A stretch of DNA of 63,391 bases, the filler included, from Candidatus Fermentibacterota bacterium (GTDB lineage: Bacteria; JAFGKV01), in NCBI GenBank assembly GCA_016928395.1. It is 6 parts of 6 records of this genome, joined end to end, with 100 filler letters (N's around TTAATTAATTAA, not from the genome) between each part and the next. Parts side by side here need not be neighbours in the genome. Positions count along the whole stretch, not along the records: positions 1 to 18,534 come from JAFGKV010000212.1; 5 more parts are not named here. One strand, given 5' to 3'. A program made the position numbers and the translations under genes. Position 1 is the stretch's first letter, and each line of letters opens with the position of its first letter. Below, piece by piece: positions 1-11,592 of this stretch. The notes below the pieces were generated by a model. That model saw nothing but the letters and a program-made list of their open reading frames with translations, did no database searches and had not been told where the DNA came from.

Positions 1-108
1 GGGACACTGTGCCCGCCCGCTGCACTGTACTCTCAACCCTGAGAAATCTGAGGGAGCCCCGCGACCTCAGCGGCCGCACTGAACCCTGAACCCCGAACCC
101 TGAACCCT
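1..108. repeat. Composite intergenic repeat copy A: half REP-like hairpin, GTACTCTCAACC unit and four GAACCC(T/C) heptamers
   Basis: Near-identical to 18635-18722 and to the reverse complement of 63271-63391. Confidence 0.9.
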
Positions 109-111
109 TCC

Positions 112-1959
112 TCACGGCTTCCACCTCGATAGGGGATCCCACAGCCGGCCCGGCACCCTGAGCAGAAAACCCCAGCAATGGGTTGGCCCGCCCTGCCCCC
201 TCCACGCCTCCATCCATCCGGGGGGTGACTCGTAGAGGTAGGCAGCGCCATTATCTGTCACCGGCACGAACCCCTCCCAATCGTATTCATCACGGGTAAA
301 GAGGACATGGATCCCTTCCGGCGACTGCGACGGAACACTGTCAACGCGAGCGGCGTACAGCAACCAGGCATGTTTCCCGATGCCCCACTGGCCTTCGTCC
401 CGCCATGGGGGCACTATCAGTACCCGGTACAACAGATCGGCATTCTCAACGGCCTCTTGTTCGGTGGGAAACGAGACCATGGTCGCGCGGCCAAACTCGG
501 CGGCGCGGGTATCCGGCGGGCAATGCCTGGGAGGGAGAATGCCCGCCAGGCAGATGGCTATGAGACCCAGCCACCACCGGGGCAAAGGGATTCCCGAAGG
601 AACCAGAAAGAGGATCATGGCCGCCACGGGCGTCAGGTAATGAGGATGGCGTTTCGGCGAAAAGACGACTGCCACCAGATACGCCGCCAGGGCGAGATAG
701 ACGGCCCGTCTCTCCCCGTTGCGCCGGATATCGCGCAGGAATGCCGCGGCGAACACCAAAGGCGCGCCCGATGTCTGCACTAGCAATGTCCAGAGCTGTG
801 TCACGATCTGACGCCCACCAAGGCGTGAGGTGAATGTTCGCGTATGGTGGGCCAGGAAAGACGAAACGGTGAACTTGGTGGCCCCGGGAGGATTGGAGAG
901 GCGTTCCATAACGGTGCGGGCCAGGAGAATCCCGGCCAGCAGCCCCGCGGCGCGGAAGGCGAAGACCCGTGAATCCCTGCGGAGCATGCCCCCGCCCACC
1001 AGCAGCACGGCACACGGCATCCCCGCCGGCTGCCCTGTCACAGCAAAGGCTGCGGTCAGGGCAAACAGACCCAGCCTTCGCTGGAGCCACGCCCACACCA
1101 TGGTCAGGAGGCCCAGAGTGAAGAACAGGTCTGTGACCGTGGGTTCGGCGATGTCGGCGGCATAGGGCTCATAGGTGTAGTTGAGCCCCGAGGTCGCGAC
1201 TACCACCAGCGAAGCCGCCATCAGCGCACCGCGCATAAGGCCGCGGTGTCCCGCGCCGACCAGGGCCGCTAGGGCCGCGGCCAAGGGCAACACCGGCACT
1301 CGTGCCGCGGCCTCACTTTCGCCCAGCAGGGCGCTGGAAAGCTGCATGGGATAGGCAAAGCTCATGAATGCCGGGTAGAACCCCCATGTGCCGTTTTCCA
1401 GATCCCAGAAGGGCAGGAGCCGTGTGCGCAGGCTGGATGCAAAGCTGAACGCCTCGACTCCGTCGCCGTCGAAGCTCTGAACGGCAATCCGCGCCGGGCC
1501 GAAGACCGCCAGAACGCTTAAGCCGGCAAGGGCTGCAAGGACTTCACCTTTGGTGGGCCTCAGCCCCCGGAGATCGGCACGGCACACCCACAGCAACACC
1601 AGATCGGCGGTGGCCACCCCTGCCGCGGCAGGTATGGCCGACCGCGGGATCCCCAGGCAGTGAAGCACTGTATGCAGGAAGACCCAGATCACGGCGGACA
1701 GCGGCACCGCAAAGCCAAGCCGTACAAGCGAGGGCACTCTCAGAGCCGTGCTCAGGAGCCATCCGGGAAGTAGACCGTGGAGCATCAAGACCAACGCGAC
1801 AGCCCAGCGCAGCCCTGCCTGACCGGCGTCCACCGAGGGAAGCAGGCATACCCCCTCTCCCCAGGGGCAGGGTAGGGCAAGGGCTCGCGCCGCAGCCACC
1901 GCCGCGGCCAAGGTGCCGATCATGGCCGCAACGGAGTACGCGCGACCCGTCAACGCCAT
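112..1959 (-). CDS. Multi-pass membrane protein, putative GT-C (ArnT/PMT-like) glycosyltransferase
   Basis: Many hydrophobic segments with an acidic periplasmic loop (SFDGDGVE); last gene of a glycan operon; start moved to ATG 1959, overlapping the upstream stop. Confidence 0.6.
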   Translation of the reverse strand: MALTGRAYSVAAMIGTLAAAVAAARALALPCPWGEGVCLLPSVDAGQAGLRWAVALVLMLHGLLPGWLLSTALRVPSLVRLGFAVPLSAVIWVFLHTVLHCLGIPRSAIPAAAGVATADLVLLWVCRADLRGLRPTKGEVLAALAGLSVLAVFGPARIAVQSFDGDGVEAFSFASSLRTRLLPFWDLENGTWGFYPAFMSFAYPMQLSSALLGESEAAARVPVLPLAAALAALVGAGHRGLMRGALMAASLVVVATSGLNYTYEPYAADIAEPTVTDLFFTLGLLTMVWAWLQRRLGLFALTAAFAVTGQPAGMPCAVLLVGGGMLRRDSRVFAFRAAGLLAGILLARTVMERLSNPPGATKFTVSSFLAHHTRTFTSRLGGRQIVTQLWTLLVQTSGAPLVFAAAFLRDIRRNGERRAVYLALAAYLVAVVFSPKRHPHYLTPVAAMILFLVPSGIPLPRWWLGLIAICLAGILPPRHCPPDTRAAEFGRATMVSFPTEQEAVENADLLYRVLIVPPWRDEGQWGIGKHAWLLYAARVDSVPSQSPEGIHVLFTRDEYDWEGFVPVTDNGAAYLYESPPGWMEAWRGQGGPTHCWGFLLRVPGRLWDPLSRWKP

Positions 1960-2981
1960 GTAAGAAGACGGCAGTCCCGGCAGGTTGGGGACGACCGGTA
2001 GACCCGGCGAAACCGCCGGAAGCGCCGGGCATGCCAGATATCGTGGAGGGATTCGGTGAAGAGGTTCCCCATGATCAGCCTCGGAAGATGACAGCAGGGC
2101 GTCACATCGCCATCCATGGTGACATAGGCATAGCCCAGAAGCTGGGGGCATTCCAAACCGCGCCGGTGGAAAAACCGCGGCAAACCGAAGCGGTCAGCGA
2201 AGGTGCTCTGGATTCGGATACCCAGATCCCTGCCCTGACGATGCCACTGGCGGAACAGAGTGGCGCGACGGTCTTCCGGGATGGGCGCGATGGAAGAAAA
2301 ACGAGAGACCAGATTGATGATATTGACCCCGTCCATGCCGATCTGGGCCGCCTTGGCGATAATGCTGCCGATGGCCGGCGCGGACGAGGCGGACGCCACG
2401 ACGTTCCAAAGGATCTCCGGCGACGTCTGGCCCGCGCGGAAAGCCAGCAGTGCCTCCGTTCGTTCTATCACCGCCGACGCCGCCCGGTGAAGCGCGCCGG
2501 TGGAATCGCCGAACCCGTCATCGTCCACGGAGATGCGAATGTAGTCCAGCCCGGAGGAGAGAATCTTCTCGTTCACCTCATGGGAGAGAAGAACGCCATT
2601 GGTGGTGAAGGCAGCACGGAACCCTCGCCGTTTCACCTCGCGAACCATGGTGAAGGTGTCTTCATGGAGCAGCGGTTCGCCCAGGCCGAACAGCGTGATG
2701 AGGCTGGCCTGGGGCAGGGGGAGCCGCTCCATAATGCCCATGAACCTCTCCATGGGCATGTCTTCAGCCGGGAGTTTGTGGAGAACCCTGGGGCACATGG
2801 CGCAGGAGAAGTTGCAGCGATTCGTGGTCTCAATCTGGACCCAGGTGGGCATATCCGGTACGATGGCCAGGGTCTTGATCAGGGCCTGGAGCGCCGTCTC
2901 CGGTTGCGGCGGTGCGCCCAGACGCCGCAGCAGAGCCAGGGCATGCGTTGCCGCCGTCGTCCATACTCCTTGACGGATCAT
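1950..2981 (-). CDS. Radical SAM protein with SPASM/twitch domain
   Basis: CNFSCAMC (CxxxCxxC), GLGEPLLH, C-terminal CPQ...GDVTPCC...GN...CRDC; ATGA overlap with the flippase stop at 2978-2981. Confidence 0.88.
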   Translation of the reverse strand: MIRQGVWTTAATHALALLRRLGAPPQPETALQALIKTLAIVPDMPTWVQIETTNRCNFSCAMCPRVLHKLPAEDMPMERFMGIMERLPLPQASLITLFGLGEPLLHEDTFTMVREVKRRGFRAAFTTNGVLLSHEVNEKILSSGLDYIRISVDDDGFGDSTGALHRAASAVIERTEALLAFRAGQTSPEILWNVVASASSAPAIGSIIAKAAQIGMDGVNIINLVSRFSSIAPIPEDRRATLFRQWHRQGRDLGIRIQSTFADRFGLPRFFHRRGLECPQLLGYAYVTMDGDVTPCCHLPRLIMGNLFTESLHDIWHARRFRRFRRVYRSSPTCRDCRLLTWR

Positions 2982-4432
2982 CGCGAACCAAAACGCTCCC
3001 AGGCCGCCTGCCAGAGCTGGAGCACATGTGCCCTGTCCATCACGCATAGCCCGATGACATAGACGACCGCCATGAACACCAGATTCAAGGCGAGGCCGAA
3101 GGACAGTGGCGGAAACAACGGCCGGCACACAGCTCCCAGCAGTGCCGACGCCACCGCGGAGAGAATTGCAGGCCGGAGCAGCGACCAGAACCGTACGGGG
3201 TACTCTTTCTGGATCACGAGTACCGCCACGAGGATTGTCGAGCAGATAGTCAGGAACACCGCGGCCGCCATGCCCACGATCCCGGCCAGGCGCACGCCGG
3301 CGTATCCCAGCGACACGATGAGAACCGCATTGACCGCGGAGAGCATGGTGACGAGCCTGGTCCTTCCCCGGGAGATATAGAGATCAACCCAGTGGTTGAA
3401 CGTGCCGCGCACGGCCACCAAACCCATGAAGATCTTGAAGGGAACGGTGATGGGGATCCACTTGGGGCCGAAGAGGGCTATGACGATCTCATTGCCGCAG
3501 GCCAAGACCATGGCCACGGGCAGCAGCAGGAGATACGACGAGTAGCGGATGGCATACCCGTAGGCCCGGCACAGATGCTGTGTGTCGCGGATGGAGGAGA
3601 ACGCCGGATACACCATGGTGCTCATGGCGGTCTGAATCCTGAACCCGTAGTGCGGCAGGCGGAATGCCTTGCTGTAGAAACCTAACGTTGCGGTGCCAAG
3701 AGCCAGCTTCACGATGACGTCGTCGACGCTCCAGTAGAAGTAGGCCAAGGCCCCGCCTGCGGCCAGCGGAAGGCCGAACATGGCAATCTCCTTGATCACC
3801 GCCCCGTCGAATCGTGCGCGGGGACGGTAGGGCGCCATGATCCAGGCCAGCAGAGCCGATCCCATCTGGCCGGCCAGGGTACCGAGGATCAGGGCCCAAA
3901 GATGCAGACCCGCCAGTGCCAGCGCGATCTGAAACCCAATGGCTACCAGTACTTCCGAGAACGACACCAGGCTGGAGCGAAGGAAGTCCAGCCGCTTCTC
4001 CATGAGCACTTTGGGCAGCAGGAACGGCCCGACCAGAAGGCCCACCGCCGCCACCTGAAGCTCCCGTTCGAAAAACCATTCATGGGTCCCTCGCATGATG
4101 GGGCCAGCCAGAAGCACCGCGCCCGCGAAGGCGAGGCTCGAAAGGGTGAGTTCTAGAGCGAAGGCATTGTCGGCGATGCGGTGCACATTGCCTGAACGCT
4201 GAATCAGTATCCTGGCGGGCTGCAGCGAGGTGAACAGCTTGAACGTACCGATGATGACCAGGATGTACGCGGCTGCGCCGAAATCCTCCGGGCTCATGAT
4301 CCGCATCAGGACTACTTGCGCGGCAAGCTGGATCACCGCCGAGACTACGGTGCTGAGCGTGATTATCTGCGCGCCGCGAACCGAGCGGAGGAAGAGACTG
4401 GGCGGATCTTGCCGAGCCTTCGCCGGTATCAC
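2978..4432 (-). CDS. Wzx/WzxC-like polysaccharide flippase
   Basis: LMRIMSPEDFG, LGFYSKAFRL, LFGPKW motifs; many TM segments. Confidence 0.88.
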   Translation of the reverse strand: MIPAKARQDPPSLFLRSVRGAQIITLSTVVSAVIQLAAQVVLMRIMSPEDFGAAAYILVIIGTFKLFTSLQPARILIQRSGNVHRIADNAFALELTLSSLAFAGAVLLAGPIMRGTHEWFFERELQVAAVGLLVGPFLLPKVLMEKRLDFLRSSLVSFSEVLVAIGFQIALALAGLHLWALILGTLAGQMGSALLAWIMAPYRPRARFDGAVIKEIAMFGLPLAAGGALAYFYWSVDDVIVKLALGTATLGFYSKAFRLPHYGFRIQTAMSTMVYPAFSSIRDTQHLCRAYGYAIRYSSYLLLLPVAMVLACGNEIVIALFGPKWIPITVPFKIFMGLVAVRGTFNHWVDLYISRGRTRLVTMLSAVNAVLIVSLGYAGVRLAGIVGMAAAVFLTICSTILVAVLVIQKEYPVRFWSLLRPAILSAVASALLGAVCRPLFPPLSFGLALNLVFMAVVYVIGLCVMDRAHVLQLWQAAWERFGSR

Positions 4433-5952
4433 GCCTTCCTCCGGAACAGCAACAGGTAGTACCCCGAGATATGGGGCCGCCTGCTGACATATGCATCGGC
4501 GCTGAAGAGAAAACGGTACCGTTGGAGAAAGCGCTCGTCCTCAAATACGGCACGATCGATGGGGAAGCTGCTCCCAAATGCCTCCTTCGGATAGTCTGCA
4601 GCGCTGACCAGCACGAAAAACTCCGGATCAATGTCGAACAGATAGTCCGGCGAATAGCTCTTCTTCAGCCAACCTCCTGGTGCGGCCGCCACATGGGGGT
4701 CGGTGAGGCCCGTGATATCCACCACCCGTATGTTCGAGGAGTACCCGATGATGCCGATATCCATGAGGGCCACGGTGTCTTCCGGCTGTGCATTATCGCG
4801 CAACCAGGCGCCGATACGCTGGTGGGCATGGTGGTATCCGTCGGCCCACATGTCGGTGTGGAGCCGGAGATAGTGGGTCTGGTTGGCAATGTCGAAGACG
4901 ATAACGCCCATGAATCCCCAGATCACCGCCGAGGGCACAAACCCAAAACGCCCCGACCGGGGCAACAGCGAGCGGATCGAGAGCACGCCATCTTGCAGGG
5001 CCACCATCAGAAGGGGCATGATGGGAATGAGGAAACGGTAATGAGGTATCCAGTCTCCCCCTGCGGCGGCGACATAGGCGCAGAAGGCCAGCACGATCGC
5101 CAGCCCATGACTGCGGGCGCGATCCAGGGGCCAGTGGAGAAAGGGCAATGCGGCGATCAGATAGAGGGCCGGCTTGCCGTATTCGTTGACGAAGTTCTTC
5201 AGGTACTCCACTCCTCGAACGAGTTGCGGCAACCCTCCGCCGGTCTTGGCGCCGAGAGTATTGGGGACGAAGGAGCCGTAGTAGAAGAATCGCCACACCA
5301 GGTGAGGACAGGTCATCAGTAGTGCCAACGCCAAGGGTGCCAAGGACGCCCGGCGTCGTTGCCCCAGGTAGTAGTGGGCAAGTGTGACCAGGAGCAGGAG
5401 AGCCCCATCGGGACGCACCAAGGTTGAGACCGACACTGCGGCCACTGCCCCCATCAAGCGCCGGGACCGGTTCTCGGCGGTGGCATAGAGGAACACGCCC
5501 AAGGTGACAAGCACCGCGAACATCTGCGTCTCAAGACCATTCACCGCCGTGATGGCCACCGCGCCCGCTGATGCCCAGAAAATGCAGCCCAACGCGGCCA
5601 TGGGCACCCTTCCGTGGCCCCATGCGCGCCCCAAAGCCGCGATAAGCACCATGGTGCCTACGGCCGCGGCGATTCCAAGAACCTTGGAGAGCACTTCCGG
5701 GTCAAGCCCCCCGCGCAAACCCAAGGCATGCACAATGGTCCACAGGAAGTTAGTGTACCCTTCCACCCGCTCGCCGGGATTGAACACGAGGCCATGACCA
5801 TCCACCCAGTTGCGGGCATAGCGATAGCTGATGAACGCGTCGTCCACCGTGTAGCGGACCAGGAGAAGACAGTGGACGATGAGCCCGATACCCGCCATGA
5901 AGATGAGCAGGCGGTTGGTTAGGCGATCTCTCAAGACAGCCTCCGGCCACAT
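4429..5952 (-). CDS. GT-C membrane glycosyltransferase (AftB-like)
   Basis: DDAFISYRYARN..GHGLVFNPGERVEGYTNFLW, GLET, RPDG, GGDW..YRF motifs; start taken at ATG 5952. Confidence 0.78.
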   Translation of the reverse strand: MWPEAVLRDRLTNRLLIFMAGIGLIVHCLLLVRYTVDDAFISYRYARNWVDGHGLVFNPGERVEGYTNFLWTIVHALGLRGGLDPEVLSKVLGIAAAVGTMVLIAALGRAWGHGRVPMAALGCIFWASAGAVAITAVNGLETQMFAVLVTLGVFLYATAENRSRRLMGAVAAVSVSTLVRPDGALLLLVTLAHYYLGQRRRASLAPLALALLMTCPHLVWRFFYYGSFVPNTLGAKTGGGLPQLVRGVEYLKNFVNEYGKPALYLIAALPFLHWPLDRARSHGLAIVLAFCAYVAAAGGDWIPHYRFLIPIMPLLMVALQDGVLSIRSLLPRSGRFGFVPSAVIWGFMGVIVFDIANQTHYLRLHTDMWADGYHHAHQRIGAWLRDNAQPEDTVALMDIGIIGYSSNIRVVDITGLTDPHVAAAPGGWLKKSYSPDYLFDIDPEFFVLVSAADYPKEAFGSSFPIDRAVFEDERFLQRYRFLFSADAYVSRRPHISGYYLLLFRRKA

Positions 5953-7397
5953 GTAGCCAAGTGCCAGGAACCCAACCCCAGCAATACCACGGGTATGGCC
6001 AGTATGATGGGGCTCAAGCCGCCGGCCCACAAGGCAAACCACAGGATGTCCACATGACGATGCCGCCAGGTCACGGGAGGTTCCAAATCGCCGCCGCGCT
6101 CCAGCCCATCATCCACCGTACGCTTCAGGTAGGGCCCCACGAGCCGGGCATGCCAGATCACCGGGCTCAGGGCGGGCTCTCGTTGCACGTGGGCAACCCA
6201 CTCCCAGCCGCCGAAGCCTCTGGTTGTCTTGATCTCTTCGATAGCATCGTGGAAGTTCACCAGCACGCCCAGCAGCGCCACGACGACTCCCGCCGCTCCC
6301 AGCACCCCTGCCAGCCGCCAAGCCCGCCCGGAGAGAAACCCCAGCGCGGGCCACCACAGGATCATGGAGCTGAACATGTACCGGGGACCCCAGCACCATG
6401 TGGATGACCGGTCCAGGGCCACGTAAAGCGCCAGCATGGAAAAGCCGGCCGCATAGCCGATACCCAGCACCCGGTCTCGGGGTGGACAAAGGGCGCGGAC
6501 AAAGGCCACCGCCGCTACCGGGACAAACACGAAGAGCCCCTGCCCTGGAGACACGAGCAGCATCGCGGCGCGCGACGCCCAACGAAGAGGATTCAAGGCA
6601 GCGGCCTCCACCACGTCTGTCGCGCTCTGGGCCATGACCAGGCCTCCATACCCCATGTCGAAGGGCGAACCGAAACGCCACAGATTGTATGCACCCAACA
6701 CCACCACGACCGCAGCCCAGGGCGCAACGACTCCGACCCAACGCGCACCGCCCCGGGGAGGGGCAACCAGGAGCAGGCCGCCGCTCATCACCGCAGCAGG
6801 CGCCACGGTCTCATACTTCACAAGAAGCGCTCCCGCCAGGGCAGCCGAAAACACTGCATAGTCTCGGACTCTCCGATCGCCGCCCTGGAGGCGATAGAGC
6901 GTGAGGATTGCCGCCACCAAGAGGGCGGCCTGAAGCGGTTCGGCCCAGAAGTGTTTGGCATACGGAAAGGCCAGGGAGCCAAAGGCTGCCAGGAGAACCA
7001 GATGTAGCCGCCGTCGGGGCGCGATACCGGCACAACCCATGACTCGGTACAAGAGGATCATGAGCCACGCCACAACCGCTTGGTTGAGTAGCGAGCAGGC
7101 CGTCCGCTCTACGTGCTCCTGGTGGCTGGGCACAAGCCGCCCCGCGGCGTGTCCCGCCGCGAGAAGCGGGAGCACCGCCATGGATAAGCCCGGGGGGAAG
7201 TGACTCACTATCCTGCCGCCGGATCCCGTCACGCCATAGACGTAGGGCTTGTCGGGAAGCTCGGGCGAGAGGTGAAGCAGGAAGGACCGGGCAGCGTGGA
7301 ATCGGCTCCAGTCGTCTGCTGTGTAGAGATGACCACCGGCCATGGCGAGGTAGACCGCCAACAGCCCTACGAAAAGCCTCACGATGCCGGTACTCAT
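5931..7397 (-). CDS. GT-C-like membrane glycosyltransferase (GT39/PMT-like)
   Basis: N-terminal TADD, YAKHFWAEP, YNLWRFGSPF and WGPRY motifs; multi-TM. Confidence 0.7.
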   Translation of the reverse strand: MSTGIVRLFVGLLAVYLAMAGGHLYTADDWSRFHAARSFLLHLSPELPDKPYVYGVTGSGGRIVSHFPPGLSMAVLPLLAAGHAAGRLVPSHQEHVERTACSLLNQAVVAWLMILLYRVMGCAGIAPRRRLHLVLLAAFGSLAFPYAKHFWAEPLQAALLVAAILTLYRLQGGDRRVRDYAVFSAALAGALLVKYETVAPAAVMSGGLLLVAPPRGGARWVGVVAPWAAVVVVLGAYNLWRFGSPFDMGYGGLVMAQSATDVVEAAALNPLRWASRAAMLLVSPGQGLFVFVPVAAVAFVRALCPPRDRVLGIGYAAGFSMLALYVALDRSSTWCWGPRYMFSSMILWWPALGFLSGRAWRLAGVLGAAGVVVALLGVLVNFHDAIEEIKTTRGFGGWEWVAHVQREPALSPVIWHARLVGPYLKRTVDDGLERGGDLEPPVTWRHRHVDILWFALWAGGLSPIILAIPVVLLGLGSWHLATCGRRLS

Positions 7398-7606
7398 GCA
7401 CGTGTCTCATACTGCGGACGGAGTGAGCCGCGCCGTGCCGCAACCGTTCCCCGCATCCGCCGGGGCGTGAAACGGCGGGATACCGATGCGACGCTCGGCA
7501 AAATGAAACATGACATACGACAGTCCCGTCTCACGGTAGGGGTTGGCTTTTCCCGCTGCATGAGTGATGAGTGATCCTGCCGCAGCAGCCTCACTCCATC
7601 GCGCAA

Positions 7607-8274
7607 TTAGCTGGGGCTGGGGACGCCCGGCTCGCGCTTCTTCGACTCACGCTCAAGCAGCATAGCTCTGATCCTCGACACGACCAAGTCGATGGCCACA
7701 CGGTTATGAGCCCCCTTGGGGATGATCACATCCGCGTAGCGCTTTGACGGTTCAACAAAATCCAGATGCATGGGTTTCACGGTGCCCAGATACTGGTCTA
7801 TCACGGAACCGATGCTCCTGCCGCGATCATCGATATCCCGCCTCAGGCGGCGGATGAAGCGTTCGTCGCCGTCAGCGTCGATGAACAGCTTGATATCCAT
7901 GAGATCTCGGAGCGCCTTGCACTCCAGAACAAGAATCCCCTCCACCAAGAGCAGCGCAGAGGGCGCCAACCTTACTCCGGACGGGCGGCGGGAGTGAGTC
8001 GTGTAGTCATAGTCCGGCCGCTCCACTCGTTCCCCTGCGCGCAGTCCTTTCAAATGGTTGATGAGCAGTTCGGTGTCGAACGCCTTGGGATGGTCGTAGT
8101 TGATGCTCCTTCGTTCGTCTTCCGAGAGACCGCTGTAGTCATGGTAGTAGGAATCATGGCTCAAGATGACCGCAGTACCCTCGGGGAAGCATCGGGCGAT
8201 GATCCGAGCCACCGTGGTCTTGCCCGAGCCGGTACCTCCGGCCAGGCCGATGATGATGGGATCAGGCGCGGCCA

Positions 8275-8275
<1 letters not shown>
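7607..8275 (-). CDS. udk: Uridine kinase
   Basis: GLAGGTGSGKTT P-loop, NYDHPKAFD, VEGIL, EPSKRYAD; TGATG overlap with the glmS stop. Confidence 0.95.
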
Positions 8276-10082
<1,807 letters not shown>

Positions 10083-10098
<16 letters not shown>

Positions 10099-11456
10099 GG
10101 CAATGCCCCTCCTCCTACAAGCATGCGTTCTATCGTTTCGATTATCGACATAAGCTCTCCCCCGGCCGATCCCTCGGCAATGATGCGAACCACCGGCTCG
10201 GTGTTGGAGCGTCGAACATGCACCCACCGAGCAGGCCAATTGAGCCGGACACCATCCTGCGTGTCCACAGTGAAATCGCGAAACTCCCGTTCGAGCCTCC
10301 CAGGGAACGTGTCCCAGGTTTCGGGTGCGACTCGGACCTTCCGCTTGATCATGACGTATCGCGGGATTTGGTTCCAGAGGCCAGCCAAGGTCTGGCCGCG
10401 TTGGGCGAGATGGCTCAAAAGCACCGCGAGCCCGGCTGCGGCATCCCGGCCGTAGTGAACTCCGGGGATGATTACGCCCCCATTGCCTTCTCCCCCCAGA
10501 GTCGCCCCAAAGGCCTTCATGGCAGATACGACATGGGCCTCACCAACCGGCGTGCGAATGACCGGGACGCCGAAACGGCCCGCAACATCCTCCACCATCC
10601 GGCTCGTCGACAAGTTGGTGACCACTGGAGCGTCGTTCGGCCGAAGCAGGGCCGCGGCAACGCACGCCAGCGTGGCCTCCTCGGGAAGCAGCCCGTCAGT
10701 GGTGCACAAAGCGAGCCGGTCGCCATCGGGATCAATGGCGGCGCCGAGATCAGCCTGGTCTTCGCGGACCGCCTCGCGCAGCGCGCCGAGGTGCTCGGGC
10801 GATGGCTCCGGTGTATGGCAAAAGCGCCCTGTGGGTTCTTCGCCCAACACGTGGATCTCCAGATCCATAAGGCTTGCCATGGCACGGATCAAGGGGCCCG
10901 AGGCGCCGTGATTGCAGTCAACCACGAGGCGGAAGCCTCGCCGCCGAATGGCCGAGACGTCTACCAGCGGAGAATTGACGATTCGACGGATCTGCAGGAC
11001 GGTGATATCGGGGGCATCCGCCGGCGCCGGCCACCCATCCCAACCTCGCAGCACCATGCCACCAGCACGCGCCCGGGCAAACACCCCGTCCGCCTCCTCC
11101 GCGGTAATGAACGCCCCGTCCCCTCCGATGAACTTCAGCCCGTTCCAGGGTGCGGGGTTGTGGCTGGCGGTAATCATGATGCCACCAGCGAGGCCGAGAT
11201 CTTCCACCCCGATCTGTGCACCCGGGGTCGTACAGATGCCCGCCACCACGGGCGCGCATCCGACGGACGCCAGGCCGGCGCACACGGCCTGAGCAATCGC
11301 CGCTCCTGACGGACGCGAGTCCCGCGCCACCAGAATGCTCCCCCCCCGTTCATGACCGAAGGATGAGGCGAGACGACACGCCACTTCGGGAGTCAAGGTC
11401 TCACCCACGATTCCGCGAGCGCCGCTGACTCCCATGATCATGCCGCTGAAATCCAT
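10083..11456 (-). CDS. glmM: Phosphoglucosamine mutase (alpha-D-phosphohexomutase family)
   Basis: ITASHNP phosphoserine loop, DPDGDR, GGEGNGG, RRSNTEP; adjacent to glmS. Confidence 0.85.
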
Positions 11457-11592
11457 TGGTATCAGTTCCAATCGTCGTTGCCTGCGGTGCGCAGGCAGGT
11501 CAACTGCCCACCCGTCGACCCACGAGACCCCCACAACAGAAAACGCAGGGAGACTCCTGCAGGCGGGATGCGAAGCCGGCGTTCATCACCGG

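Noticed and set aside
81-108. True telomeres or eukaryotic contamination
   Set aside because: The tracts are only 2-5 units long, internal, and embedded between typical bacterial operons.
7394-7606. 70-aa ORF between udk and the GT-C gene
   Set aside because: No motif or clear RBS; it cannot be supported, although its position would fit the operon.
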